Shown in pieces: positions 12,979-27,015 of a stretch of 64,000 nucleotides of DNA. Position 1 is the stretch's first letter. Each line of letters opens with the position of its first letter. The stretch covers positions 87,422,001-87,486,000 of the forward strand of contig NW_024704743.1 of the NCBI RefSeq assembly GCF_018977255.1. The letters run 5' to 3'. Under the pieces are notes generated by a model, which was not told where the DNA came from, ran no database searches, and saw only the letters and a program-made list of their open reading frames with translations. Position numbers and translations under genes: made by a program. This stretch comes from Callorhinchus milii. Taxonomy: Eukaryota.

Positions 12979-14570
12979 AACAACAACAACAAAATTACAG
13001 TTGTATAGCGCCTTTCACGTTGGGAGGACGTCCCAAGGCGCTGGACAGACATAGTTACGGACCCGAGCTGGGGGTCGGGGTGGATAGGGTGGAGGGCATT
13101 GGGGGGAGTAGGGAGAACGAAAGCACAGTTGAAGAGGAGGGTCTTGAGGTGGGTCTTGAAGGTGGCGAGGGAGGGGGTGAGACAGAGGGACTGCGGGATA
13201 GAGTTCCAGAGGGTGGGTGCAGAGTTGCGGAAGGCCCGTCCTCCAAAAGGCGGGGGACGTAAAGCAGGCCGGTGCCCGCTGAGCGGACAGAACAAACAGG
13301 GTGGTAGGGGGTTAGGAGGTCAGAGAGGTAGTGGGGAGCAAGACCTGGAAGGCTTTGAAGGTGAGGACCAGGATCTTGAACTGTATCCTCTGTGTGATGG
13401 GAAGCCAGGGGAGTTGGGCAAGGATGAGGGTGATAGCGCCGCGGAGCCTAGTACGGGAGAGGACACGGGCTGCAGAGTTCTGGATGATCTGCAGCCTGTG
13501 GAGGGAGGAGTTGGGGAGGCCGACATGCAGTGAGTTTGCATAGTCGAGCCTCGATATAATGAAGGCATTTTTGAGGGTTTCGGCAACCTGCGCTGTGAGA
13601 CAGTGTCGGAGGAAGGCAGAGCGGGTCATGGTGCAGATGTGGGGTAGAAAGGATAGTTGAGGGTCAAACAAGACCCCAAGGTTTTGGACTGGCTTAGCAA
13701 GATGGAGTGTGCATCCATGGATAGTGATGCTGTCAGCACCCAAGATGAGGAGGCACTAACGGGAGCCAATCAGGAGAGCCTCGGTCTTCTTGACGTTCAA
13801 CTGAAGAAAGTTAGCTCTCATCCAGGTCTTGATGTCTGACAGACATTCTGTCAGCACAGCAGTGATCCTGGAGTCAAGGCTGGAGGCCGAGAGGTAGAGT
13901 TGAGTGTCATCCGCGTACATGTAGAAGTTGACCCCATTTCTGCGTATGATGTCTCCAAGAGGGAGCATATAGACATTGAAGAGGAGGGGACCAAGGACAG
14001 CCCTGTGGAACACCGCACGAGACGTTCCAGGGGCTAGAGGAGAAGCCGTTTGAGGAGATGAAGTGCAGTCGATTTGAGAGGTACGATCTGAACCAATCAA
14101 CGACAGCACCGTGGAAGTTTAGGTGAGAGGGGAGGCAGTGGATGAGGATAGAGTGGTCGAAAGCAGCAGAGAGATCAAGGAGGATGAGGAGGCAGAGGGA
14201 GCCCTGGTCGCAGATGGATAGAATGTCACTTTGACCAGGGCTGTTTCTGTACTGTGAGCGGCACGGAAGCCCGATTGGAGGGGTTCGAGAAGGGAGTGGT
14301 AGGAGAGGAGGGAGCATAGCTGAGAAGCAACAACTCGTTCCAGAACCTTGGAGACGAAGAGGAGGTTTGAAATGGGGCAGTCCTGGGCATCCCAAGAAGA
14401 TGCCTGGGCTTTAAGGGAGCGGAGGTGGCTGGTGTACCAAGGTGATTTGCGTGTGTAGGAGACAGTTCGGGAAGAGACGGGAGCGAGGGAATTGAGAGTG
14501 GAGGAGAGGGAGCTGTGGAGAAGAGTGACCGAGGAGGATAGGTCATTGCAGGAGGACAACCAGAGGGGAA
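12979..14570 (-). mobile_element. 5'-truncated, internally deleted L2 LINE
   Basis: [88 protein letters not shown]; tail with (TTG)n. Confidence 0.92.
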
Positions 14571-16139
14571 CGCAATAGCGAAAAGTGCAATATTAAATGT
14601 AAGATTATTGTTGTCAATTTTATGTAAAAGTCAATGCAAGGTCAAGTCAGTCAGAAGAGGGTTCACAAGAGAGGTTCTGAATGATGTCTTCAGCCCTTTT
14701 ACTGAACATTGCCAGAACACCAACCCTTCCATCTTCCATCGAGCAGTTTATTAAATGTGGACTCCAGCATTCTGGTCTCAACCGCCATTCTTGTACCCTG
14801 TTACAGTCATTAATTGCCCTCTGTGTAATGAAATACTTCCTGGCATCTTTCCTGAAATTTCCCTTAGCATCCCTGTTATTTTCTGTTGATGAGGGATTGT
14901 ATTCTAAGAGGTTGATATTGACAATAATAAAAGGCAATGCTTCTCTTTGTGACTTATAATGGGTCCATTGAAAGCTGAGTGTGTCAAACTGAAATCAATG
15001 CAGGAGCATGTATAAGTAACAACAGAGTAAATCAGTTGTGAGATACTGAAACTTAGTCAGCGAGATTTAGTCTGCTAAGGAGCTCCATTCAGGTCTCTTC
15101 CGTGCTCTTTAATTCTCTGCTTTACTCTGCATTGTAGAATCTTTTCCTCACAAAAAGGTTAGTGCAGTGAATTGAGATAGAAATTGTTTCTACATCATTT
15201 CCAACTCATTTTGATAGCAGTGTAATCGGTATCTTTAGTGCATCATGACTCTGAAGTGGAACCGTAAAACGCTCTTGTCTTCAATTGATTTAAGGTACTC
15301 ATGGGATATAATCAGCATAGTGTGTGGTAGCTGTGAATAGACTGAGGGCTCAATTTGTATCATGAGAACATGCTGGCTTCCTATTTTTTTGTGTGCTCTA
15401 AGGTTGCAAGCTTGGATAGCAAATTAGAGGGCAGCTAATATATTGGAGAAATCATGTTTGTCTGCTACCGAAGTGTCTAAAATTTTAATTTTGCAAGCAA
15501 TGCATGCATTCTTTTAAAATCTCTATATTGCTAGCAAAGAGCTTTGCAGCCTTGCAGCCAGTTCACCCTTCAGATTGCTCTGTGATATGGTTGGAGTGGA
15601 GAGACTGTTGTTCTAACAAAACAGATTACATTTCCAGAAGCCTTTTAATTTCTGTCTAGTATCTAGGTCAGAATCCTATTGCAATTCAGCTTCATTGTGC
15701 AGAGATACGTGAGGAGTTTTCTTCAATGCCATTAATTTTTCACCCTGGTGCTACTCTATTGGACCTTTTGTTCTGACTGGTATTGAAGCAGTCAAGTGCT
15801 GTAGACAGACAAACCTTTAATATTATTGCAAGACCACTAGTTTATTTTATTAGGACTGTATTCTCATAGTTTTATGCTCGTCTGGTGCAGTTAAATTATA
15901 AATACTGAACTTTGATCTGCTGTCACTTTATAAATACTGATTTCTTTCATAATAGTGGATTACATAATAAATGTTTAATGATTAACCGGTTCGGACTGCT
16001 AGACTTTAACTTCTGGATCTGATTTGAATCTAGCTCACAGATTGAAAATCTGCTGGCTGAATTCAGGCATGTAACATGTGAAGGACTCTGAAAGTGATTC
16101 ACAGGATTTAATATAAAGTGTAGTTACTGAGTATTTTGT

Positions 16140-16410
16140 AGGCAAATATGGCAGCCAATTTGCACATAGCAATGTCCCACAAACATTTATGAGTGAAGGA
16201 TCAATTTTATCTGAGGGATTGTTGGTCAGGACACGAGGAGAAACTTCCTTCTCTTTTCAAATAGTGCCATTGGATCTTTAATGCTTATCTGAACTAGCAG
16301 CTTGGTTTAACAGTTTGGAAGTGTCAGCCTGGATTATATGAGCTCAAACTCCCAGTTTGGGCTTGAACACACACAGCCTTCTGGCAAGAGTGCTACCAAA
16401 TAAGCCAAAC
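16140..16410 (-). mobile_element. Older DeuSINE (SacSINE/AmnSINE-like) remnant
   Basis: ggcagccaatttgcacatagcaatgtcccacaaac core followed by caaatagtgccattggatcttt and a degraded tRNA head; related remnants near 21720-22220 and 25720-26030. Confidence 0.6.
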
Positions 16411-17039
16411 TGACATACTGTTACGTTTGAGCTCTCACAGGTACTGTTTGCTAATGCAGTCAAAAGTTTTGTTCTGTATTTCTAATGCAACGTAAGGGTT
16501 ACTTTATGCATAAAATGAAAACCCGGATATTTGTGTGTGCGCGCAAGGGGTGGGGGTTGGGGGGGGGTGGGGGGCGCAGTGGTGATTGTCAAGAAAGGAG
16601 AAAATCTAAAGGAAAATTGATGCAAAATCACAGTGAAAAGAAGTAAAAATCTTCCATTGATTTATGTTTTCTGTGAATATCAAATGCAAAATACATGGAT
16701 TATTTTTATGTTAATCAGAAAACACTAACATCTTTCACAACATAATCTAAATAACTACTTCACTCTTGCAAACAATAAATACGAGTGATTCTGGTAGCAA
16801 GTAACCTACTTAGATGCCAAGATCACGTCCTGAAGCACATATGTACAAATAGGCCTCTACTCTGAGTTCATCTGTGTCCAATCACAGGGTTCTTTAATAC
16901 CTATCTGAACAGACCTTCAGGACCTCGGTTTACTGTCTCATATGAAGGAAGGAATCTTTAGCCTTGTAGTGGAGGGTTTTCCTAAGCACTGCATTGGAGT
17001 ATCACCCTGGATTATGCGTTCATAGTCCCAGTGTCTCAT

Positions 17040-17490
17040 AGACATGGGGTCAACTTCCACAGTGTGCGGATGACACCCAACTCTATCTTTCTGCCTCCAT
17101 CCTCAACTCCAGGACCACTGCTGTCCTGACAGACTGCCTGTCGGACATCAAGTCCTAGATGAAGGAAAAATTCCTACAGCTGAATGTGAATGAGACTGAG
17201 GCCCTCCTGATTGACTCGCACCAGCGCCTCAGCACCTCAGGCTCTGGCAACATCAACCTCCATGGTTGCACACGTCAACTCACCACCAGTCAGGAACCTC
17301 GGTGTCTTGTTCGACCCTCAACTGTCTTTTCTCCCCCACATTCAAGTCATGACCCGCTCTGCCTTCCCTCACCTCCGTAACATCACCCGACTCCACCACT
17401 ACCTCACCCCTCAGGCCACTGAAACTTTTGTTCATGCCTTCATCACATCCAGGCTCGACTATGCAAACGCCGTGCTTGTCAGCCTTCCCA
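17040..17490 (+). mobile_element. L2 LINE internal fragment
   Basis: [47 protein letters not shown]. Confidence 0.88.
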
Positions 17491-19162
17491 GATTTATGCT
17501 TAAAGATTGTTAAAAAAAATTTTTTTACCATTTTTATAAATAATCTTTTATTTTGGTGAAAGTCATGATAAATACACAGTGTCACATTAGATCCGCACTC
17601 CCAAAGTTGGCAGTGCATAGATAAGGCCAAAGGGTGTCACATCACTTTGCATCACATGTGTGTTTTCAGTGTGTGCGCTGAATGGCTGCCTATGGAAACC
17701 GGGTGTCTGACAAATGCGGAAGCCCATCACCATTCTTAAGAATATCCAAACCAAACTGAAAATTCCATTCGTCCCACATACACATGGAAATTCCCTATAT
17801 TGGAATGGAATTCCAGAGAGTATTAGGCGCAAGCTGGCAAGAGCTAAGACTTAGCTTCCCCAGAGTGTTCATTGAGGTAATGCTGCAGTCCAACCAGTTA
17901 AAACTGCATAGCTTGCCATTGAGAGCACTGTGGCAAGCTTTCCTGATGCTTGTCCAGCTAAAACCTCCCTATCCGTTAGGACTTTTGCTTGTAGGTTAAC
18001 AAGAGCTAAGTGCAAAGATTCCTGCCTCCAGTGCCTGGTCTCCCCCTCCAAGTCCAACCGATGAGCCAGGTTGACTGGGCTATCATCAGCAGCACCCTAG
18101 AATACTCCAGTCACTCCTAGCTTAGGAACTGGACGACCAAGACCGCCACAGAGGGTTGACTCGATTCTGACATTCCATTGCCAAATATGGCACCTTACAG
18201 CAAATTCAGCAACAAGGAGACCACGCTTACCTGGAAATAGTCACTAGTTGGTAGGGAAGTAATTAATTCATTTATTGTAAAACCTCCACAAATCACGAGC
18301 TGTATCTTATCCAAAGCTTCTCACATCCTCACCTGCACCAAACTCTGCATATCCTTCACTCCAGTCTCCACCAGTCTCCATTCTCTCCCTGTATCCAAGT
18401 GGATTCATTTTCAAGATCCTTCCCTTCAAATCCACCTACTCTGCTCCTCGACTTGCCCCCTCCTCTACTCAGCTAACTCAGGTTCTCTGCATGTCTCCTA
18501 TTTTCTCTGCACAGCCACTGGTGGCTGAGCTTTTTGTTCCTTCGCCCCTATTCTTTGGAATTCCCTCTTTCTACCATTCTGTCTCAACACCTTTCCTTCT
18601 ATCTTTATGTCCTGCCTCAAATCCTACCTCTTCAAAGGTGCCTTTGGCCACCTCTCCATCCCCTCTCCCTTGGTATCCAACCCCAATAAAATGTTTTATA
18701 AAATCTGATATTCTCAATGTGCAGGAGAGAAGAAATGAAAAATCGTTGATTTTTCTTTTCAAAGTTAGATTGTTTAGGATTAACAAAATACGAGTGAATC
18801 TCAAGTTATGACTTTCTGAATGCTTCCCTGCTAGTGATGAGAGGGAGAATACATTAGTTTTTCTCTCCTCGATGAACCTTCTTGAGCCTTGATGTTGTAA
18901 TAATAATACTTGCATTTGATGCAGCACCTTATCACGTCGTTGAGACGTCTCAAAACGCTTCACAGAATATACTGTAAAGTGGATTGACTCTGTATTTTGT
19001 AGCCTCCTCTTGTCTGTATGGAGGCAGCCCTGCCTGTTGAGTAGCAGCCAGTGCTTGTGCAGTGTCTGGCTGCCACAGTTGCGTAGATCGGAGAGGGGGA
19101 AAGAAAACGAGGTCAGCTGATTGAAGCAGATATTTATTCAGTGGAAACTGTTTGTGTTGCAG

Positions 19163-19325
19163 GGCCGAGCATCTGTATGTCTTCTTTGTGCAGTGGTCCC
19201 CAGACATGTATGGGGACGAAACTGGAGAGCTGGTAAAGGAACCTGGATTTATGGTCGTGGCGAAGAATGAGGAGTCTGAAATGAATGAGGAATCCATAAA
19301 TGAATTGACAGCAAAAGACTGGGAG
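19163..19325 (+). CDS. OXR1: OXR1 internal coding exon (163 nt, phase 2 to 0)
   Basis: tgttgcag|G ... GAG|gtaagg. Translates AEHLYVFFVQWSPDMYGDETGELVKEPGFMVVAKNEESEMNEESINELTAKDWE; phase matches the previous exon. Confidence 0.95.
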
Positions 19326-22300
19326 GTAAGGATGTTTCTGCTCCAGGCCCACTCTGCTATTGCAAGCTTGTTTTTTCCTTAGCTATCTTTTTATATATGT
19401 TTGGTTTATTTTTTGAATTAAAAAAACTATGGACATTTTTGTTTCCTTAATTATAACAGTGTAGAATGCAATGTGATGACTCGTGTAAATGTCAAACCAA
19501 AGATTACTCTGTCTGCATTTCTTTAATATCCGTGCGCTCTGTTATGAAACTTGTTTTAGCCTCCCTTTCTGAACTTTTTGTTTCCTGCACATGAATGCTT
19601 AACCCGTTGCTGACCATAAGTCCCTTCAGTGATTGTGTGCATCTGTTTCTGTTGTTGTCTGCTCTCATAAGTGCCTCCTCGCATGTGGCAGTAGATAAGT
19701 GTTGAACCTGTGCAATATTCATTAATCTAATGGTGTACATATCCATAGTTTATTGTAAGGTAGCAGTGCAAGATGTGCTGTTTTGTTTTGCAATACATGC
19801 AGCTTTAGACAAATGGATGTCTTTTGTTGGGGAGGGAGGGAAAGAGATGGAAAGGTTAGAGCTATGCTATAATACTCTGAAGCCAAGCAGTGGTGGAAAT
19901 TCCAAATTGGGCATTGTTGGTTGTTATTCCAGTGATGAATGTTTGGGTTCAGTCAAACCTTAAGTTCACTTGCAAAAGGACTGACTTTACATACAAAGAA
20001 AACTATTTTAAAGAATACAGTTGGTTGTATTTAATTGTCAGTAATCCTGCATCTTATATTGATCTATTAATCTTAAAAATGTAGCAATATTAAGAGCATT
20101 TTTGATACAACTATCCTCCTATGTTCATGAATTTCTTAAGAAATCTAAGGATAATACAAGCCAGTTTGTAGTTTAATTCTGAGAACGTATCGCAGTACTT
20201 ATTTTGCTGGAAACCCAAAATTCTTTTGGCAGGGATAACAGTTTTCTATTCCTTAAAAAGATGTTTTCATAGTAAAAGTAAACTGATTTTCAATCTATTG
20301 CTCCCTGCCCTGTTGTTCAATTAAAATTGGGCTTCCTGTTTCTTACACCCCCAGAATCCTCTATTAATTTTGTGTGTGATTGTTGCATATATCAATGACT
20401 CAAAGCACTTTTACAATTCACCAATGATCTATGTAAGGTTAAATGGCTTATTTTAACCTTAGTCAACTGCTAATAAGATGCAACCTAACCTGATTTTTGA
20501 TCAGTTTTATTGACAAAAATTCCAATTGCTTAGAAACATTCAAAGCACACTATGTTGTCACATAAATATGCACATATTCCTTCATTATATCACATTCTTA
20601 CTATGAACAAACCTCAAATGCGTTACCTTACATTGTTCCACATTAAAGTTCATCCCTCATCTTTTAACCCATCAGCTTAATTGGTCTTTCCATATTTTCT
20701 TGGATTCAGCTCATGAGTCATTTTCCCACTTAGATTAAATAGCTTAATGGTGTAACAGGAAGACAGTAAGGTAGCTAATTCTGGAATGGTGCAATCAAAT
20801 TGGCCAAGGAGCCTTCCTTCTTAATGCAAGCATCACTGTGATAGTGATGACTGGTGTCATCATTAAATCTTAAAATATTACATGAAATACTCTCCAATTC
20901 ATTTATTAACAGCATGAACAGCAGATTTTAAAGTCGACCTAATGCTTCATACTTAGCCCTATTGAAGGCTCTGAATGGTTTTATTTTAAATCTCATGGTT
21001 TCGATGCAGATCTGCACAGATGAGGTTGGTTTGCGTATCCAAACATGAACCACATCCAATTTAAAGCTTTGACAGTATGCTGGTCAGGGTGTTAAGTTAT
21101 ATTTTGTGCCCTCTTGTCCACTGACCTTCAACAAGTTTAAACATAATGTCAGTCTGATTCATTAGTTTGATTTTGTACCTCTTGTGAATCTTAAATGACT
21201 TGTTCAGATATCCTTTCCAGATGAGGGTGTATAAATGCAGCTAACAAACCACTTTGCTCTCTCAGTAATGGAACACTGTTTCTCAAGTCACAATTCAAGC
21301 AGTGTCCTGTGCAGACACATTTACATTTTGTACATATTATATATGTTTGCAGGACGTGGAATGCTTTTCACATTCAAATTTATCATCGATCACAGCAAAT
21401 TTGTGTTTGTGAGTAATAATCAGGTCATCTTATGGAAAATTTGGGCATATAATAAGACTAGACAGAGGTTACATACATATTAAGGCCGGCAGAGATTCTC
21501 ACTGAGAGGGACTGTAATCTAAGATAGGAATTGAGCTTGCTCATTCTAGCAGTCTTGGGAATTTTTGTGTGCATCACAACGTGTTTAATCAATGACATTC
21601 ATTGTCCTTGATTAAAGACCATGGCGTGAGATTGAATACATTATTCCAATCTGATGCATCTAGCAATGGCAAAATGATTCTCTGAAGATGATTGTCATTG
21701 TTTCCGTCCAATATAAGTAATAATCCTTACATTTGGTATAGCACTTTTCATGTTGGATGACATCCCAAAGACCTTCATTGGATATACGGCAAAGGACTTT
21801 GTGTATTGTGGGTGATTGTGGCTGAAAACAGCAGCCAATTAGTACACAGCAATATCCTACAAACAGTCATGAAATGAATCACCAATTTTATTTGGGGGAT
21901 TGTTGTCCCTTCTCTTCAACTAAATACTAAAACGTAATCCCCATATTGGGATCCCAACTCATACTCTACTGCAGTGCTGGATTGTTGGAAATGCCATCCT
22001 TTCAATAAGGTATTAAACTCGAGGCTTACTTGCCTATTCAACTGGATGTTAAAAAACCCCAAACACTTTTTCAAAAGAGAAAAGGAAAGTGAGTTTCTTC
22101 CAAGTTCCTGTTCATCAATTCTTCAGATTATTCGCTGTTTGCTGTGCACAAAATAGCTGCTACCTTTGCTTTAATAGTAATTACTTTGAGATGTTTTAAT
22201 GTGACAGCACTACAAAAAACACAAGCTCCTTTCTTTATCAAGTTGGGTAAAGTGTGTTCATGACTGACCACTGAATGAGCTAATCAACACACCTTATCTT

Positions 22301-25300
22301 CAGTGGAGGAATGGATCACAAATTAGCCTAGACAACCAACTAGGGAGATGTTTTGATTGATGACCATCTGAATGGCAGCCAAAATGTGACATAAAAGATT
22401 CTTTCAAAGCTTGTTTTATTGCATCCATAGTCAAGGCATAAAATGGATAGGTGAGCTCCAGAAAGACTTTAAATATTAATACTAACTCATAAAGCAGTGA
22501 ACTGAACTGTCTGATTGATTAATTGGCTTAAACTTTAAACTCTCGAGTGCCCAGGTTTTATAAACTTCTTCCTCTTCATTTTAAGCGTACTGCCTTGCAC
22601 TTTCAGCTCTCCATCATTTTGGGATCTGTGTATTTTTAGGAAATATGAGGGATTAGAGACATGAGGTGAAGGAGTTATTGTCATCCTATGTCTAAGGCAT
22701 GGGGCCTCAAGGGGATATAAAGGTAAGATATAGAAAACTGCAGCAGAAAAAGGGTAAAAAAAGCAACCACTAGAAGAAAGAAATATCTTAAAAGTAAAAC
22801 AATAGTTGAAATAACTTACTGAAAATACAATAATTTTCATTTATGTAGCACCGTTCAGGTACAGTAACTTCTCAGAGATTTAGGAAGCCTTTTATTGTCT
22901 GAAAGCAAAGGGAAATACTAGTGGTCTTTTTAAACTAGATCTGCATTTAATGAGAATTTTATGTCATTCAATGTTTCTTAGAACCAATAATGTCCCTGGT
23001 CCAAATATTCCAAATCATATCTCCACAAATTAATCCAAAATTAATATCTAACAATAATTGATCTTTTCCAAGTGAAACAGTTATCGGATAATATTTTACA
23101 CCAGTCCAATTTGTACTTTCTATTAAAAAAAAGAAAGGTCGAGACCATTAACTACATGTATTTGTAATATACACAGGTACCAAAAAGATCTGTTTTGTGG
23201 GGTTGGAAAAATATATAATTTTTCATATCTTTGTTGCATGTAGCCACCCTCATATCTCATTTAAGGTGCATGCAAAATATATGAGATTTAATAGATGTTA
23301 TTTTGAACCATATCTACAAACTAGACAAAACAGTAAGCAGGAATTTGCTGAATAACTAAATAACTGCATCAGTAATCTAGAGCCATTAAACACATGTTAC
23401 ACAGGGACGAATTAAATCTAAATTGTGCATCTAGTATTATTGTTGCAACTTCATTGTGTCTCATCTCCATGAGGATAGAACCCTAGATTTCTTTTATTAA
23501 AAATAACCTTGATGTTTTGATGGGAGGACAGTGGGGTGGATACTGTGGAAGGATTAGAGCCCTGTTCATCCGAACTAAATTGATGATGTTGTGGTTAAAT
23601 GTGCTGTGCTCCAAGGAGTCTCGATTACCATTAGTCTTGGGAGTTGGCTGTGGACCAAAGTGGATTGAATAATGAATTCCTTATCAGTGGAAATGCTCTC
23701 AGTGGTTCAGATTGGGTGGGACATGACAGACTGTTTATCTTGATTATTCAATTAACTGGACTAGAAATGTTGATTGACAAAGTACACTGAAGCAAAAGTT
23801 TAATTGAGTACTTTTTATACTTTGTCCATGTTTGGAGTACTTTGAACATGTAATGGTGGTTTGTTTTGTATTGTGTTTTTCATTGGAGTTATTAGTACTG
23901 CCAAACACATCACTTTTATTAAAAGGAAGTCATTGTTAAAACAGAGATTTCTGGATAATAAAAAGTGTCCCAAGAACTACAATATTGGGTTGCCTCAAAC
24001 AAGCCCTCTTTTTCAGAAGTGCCATCGTTGGCAGACCCACAATCTAAAACTGTAAAATAGCATGGTTCTGCTGCTAATGTGCTGCTTAAACTATGTACAC
24101 GTTCTGATAAAAGCATCTCTGTGCAACAGGATATTACTGTTAGGTTTATGAGTGTGACAATGGATCTAATTTGAAGTATTTATTAATAGGTTCCTTAATA
24201 AGGAATCTGAGTCGCGCAAATGGAATCCGCATACAGGACCGGAAGTGCATGAACTCTTCCTATGCAGTGGAATATGACCTACTTCCAAAGTGGAATTCTT
24301 GTGGATCAATAGATGCTTTAAAGAATCTTGCTCCAATAGACAGTATATCATTTGGAGCAAACCACCTCCCCCATCAGTAGAGTTTAATGTGACCACCAAG
24401 ATCAGGAAAACAAACCAGACTCAGTTCTTTCATGAAAAAATCTACTGTAAGACTGGGGGAGGAATAGTGAATTGATTTTAATTAATCTGATTATTTTTTC
24501 CATTGCAGGATTGGATTAATAACCTCTATTCCTAATTAGTAAAAACATCAATGTTAGTGGTGCTCTAGAAGGTCTTAATTCAGCACCAGTTGCATTGTTT
24601 CCCTCAGAAATCCCACTGCCCTATGTCCTCTGTGGATTAACTCTTTGAGCACAGAACAATGTTAGCAACTTTTGAATACTTCCCAGAAAAAAAGTTTTTA
24701 CATAATGTCCAGAATTCAAACTGAATTAAGAAACAGTCATGTCCTCTTGTTATCTGAGTTATTGACTGACACCTCGAATCTTAGCAGAACACCCTCCTTA
24801 TGAGCTGATGCCTATTCTACAGTAGTTCCATAAATAGAACCAGCTGTTTATTAATAAGGTACAAGGAAATATATTTAAAGACATCTCTGTGAGGTAATGA
24901 GCTGCTACTGGAGATCTTAAGTGTCAGAGGAAGCTGAAATCCTTTGAGAAATGAAACACAAGCTTTCTACAACTTTCTCCAGTGAGGCATAATTTGCCTG
25001 GTGTTAATTACCATGGTAATGGTATACATTAAGTCTTCAAATTATCTTGTGTAATCCTTGCATTTGAAATAGTCTTCTTGTTTTGGTCAGCGAGGTGTCT
25101 GACACATGCAGAAATCCATCACCATGCTTAACAGTTTCCCAACCAAACTGAGAGCTCCACATATATATGCCACTTACACATGGACATTTCCTTGTGTCTA
25201 GAATGGAACACACTCTGTCCCCGGAAGGATGCACCATCCTTGCCTAATCATCCTGTGACTATTAGGCACAGGTTGATGAGAGCTAAACCTTGGAGACCCC

Positions 25301-26137
25301 AGAGTGTGAATTTGGTACTACTACTAAAATGTCATAGCTTGCTTATCCAGCTAGGACTAATTTATTCATTAGGTCTTTAGCTTGAAAGGTTAACAGGAGC
25401 CAAGTGGGAGGAATTCCTGCCCTTAGGTTTATCCCAACCAAATGTGAGCTGGTCAGACTTTCAGCCCATCTGCCCACTCTCTGGAACTCCATCCCGGAGT
25501 TTCTTTCCTTGCCCCTTCCCTTGCTTCTTTCAAGGTCCCCATCACCTTACTCTTCAATCACTCCTTACTCATCTTTCCCCTCACTCCCCCCCTGGACCCT
25601 ACCCATCCTGAATCCAATCTCCATCTTGGGTGTAAACCCTTGGCTATCCTTTCCTTGGGACATCTACCTAATGTGAAAGATGCTACTTGTCGGTGTTTGT
25701 ATTTGTAAGGAAGTACAGAAGTCATTATTTGCGCAGCAGTGACTCACAAACAGCCAAGAAGTGAATGATCAATTTTATCTGAGGAATTGTTTGCCAGGAC
25801 ACCAGAAGAAACATGCTTTCCCTTTTTGAGTAGTGTTGTGCAATTTTTTTAATACTCATCTGAACAGACAGATGAGATCTCAGTTTCATGTCTCATCTGA
25901 AGGATAGCACCTCTAATAATGCAAAACCATATCCCAAGACTGCCTTGAAATGTTAGCCTGACTGTGTGTTCAACATCCTAATGCAGGGCTTGAACCCACA
26001 ACCTTTTGATTCAAAAGCCAGGTTGACATTATAAGCAGACATTCCTAAAGGTCAGCTAATATGCTGATAAAGAATAATTAATATGCATTCACAACTGAAG
26101 GCTGGCATATTTTTGGACAAGAACAACTTGCACTTGT

Positions 26138-27015
26138 AAGCACGGTCGAAGAGGAAGGTCTTCAGGCAGCACTTGAGAGAGGGGGCAAGGAGGAGGGACT
26201 GAGAGAGAGTGTTCCAGAGTTTCAGGGCATAGTAGCTGAAAGTACGACCTCCAATGGTGGAGCGGAAGGTACGAGGAAAGAACAGGAGCGGTCCCAGTCG
26301 AGCAGAGGCGCTGGGTGGTGGATTGAGGAGTGAGGAGGTCAGAGAGGTAGGAGGCACCAGAGTGTGAAGCGATTTGAACACAAGTGTGAGGATCTTGAAT
26401 TCGATCCGTTTAGTGATGGGGAGCCAGTGGAGCCTGGCCAGAATTGGTGAGATGGGGGTATGGAGTTTAGTAATTATGTAGGCAGCAGAATTCTGAAAGA
26501 GCTAGATTTTTTTGAATAGTGGAGCTGAGGAGACTGGCGAAGAGTAGGTTTGACTAATGAAGTAATAATAATAATAATCCTTGCATTTGATATAAATCTG
26601 TACTCTGTCCAGCGCCTTGGGACGTCTTCCCGACATGAGAGGCGCTATACAAATCTTGTTGTTGTTATCACGTTTTCGAGACGTCTCAAAGCACTTCACA
26701 GAATATACTGTAAAGTGAACTGACTGTATATTTTGTGGGTGAAACATGGCAGCCAATTGTGCACAGCAGTGTCCCACAAACAGTCGTGGAATGAAGTGAC
26801 CAATTTATTATTTTTTTCAAGGAATTATTACCCCCAGAAAAGCAATCCGCCAATCAACTAACAACCAAGTTCCAACTTACAGGTGTACAGGTAAACTTAT
26901 AGGTAAATAGGTGTGTGGAGTAAGGAAACTTGCCCAACATTTCGCCCTGCTGGGAATCGAACCCAGGTTTCTCACTTGTGAGGCAAGTGCTCTAATCACT
27001 GAGCTACAGGACTCC
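26138..27015 (-). mobile_element. Composite: L2 fragment (26138-26560, -), long SINE (26563-27015, -) and an inserted L2 tail (26595-26666, +)
   Basis: L2 LHWLP/LWNTL motifs; SINE head ends ...gagctacaggactcc at 27015; SINE tail is interrupted by gtccagcgccttgggacgtcttcccgacatgagaggcgctatacaaatcttgttgttg. Confidence 0.85.
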
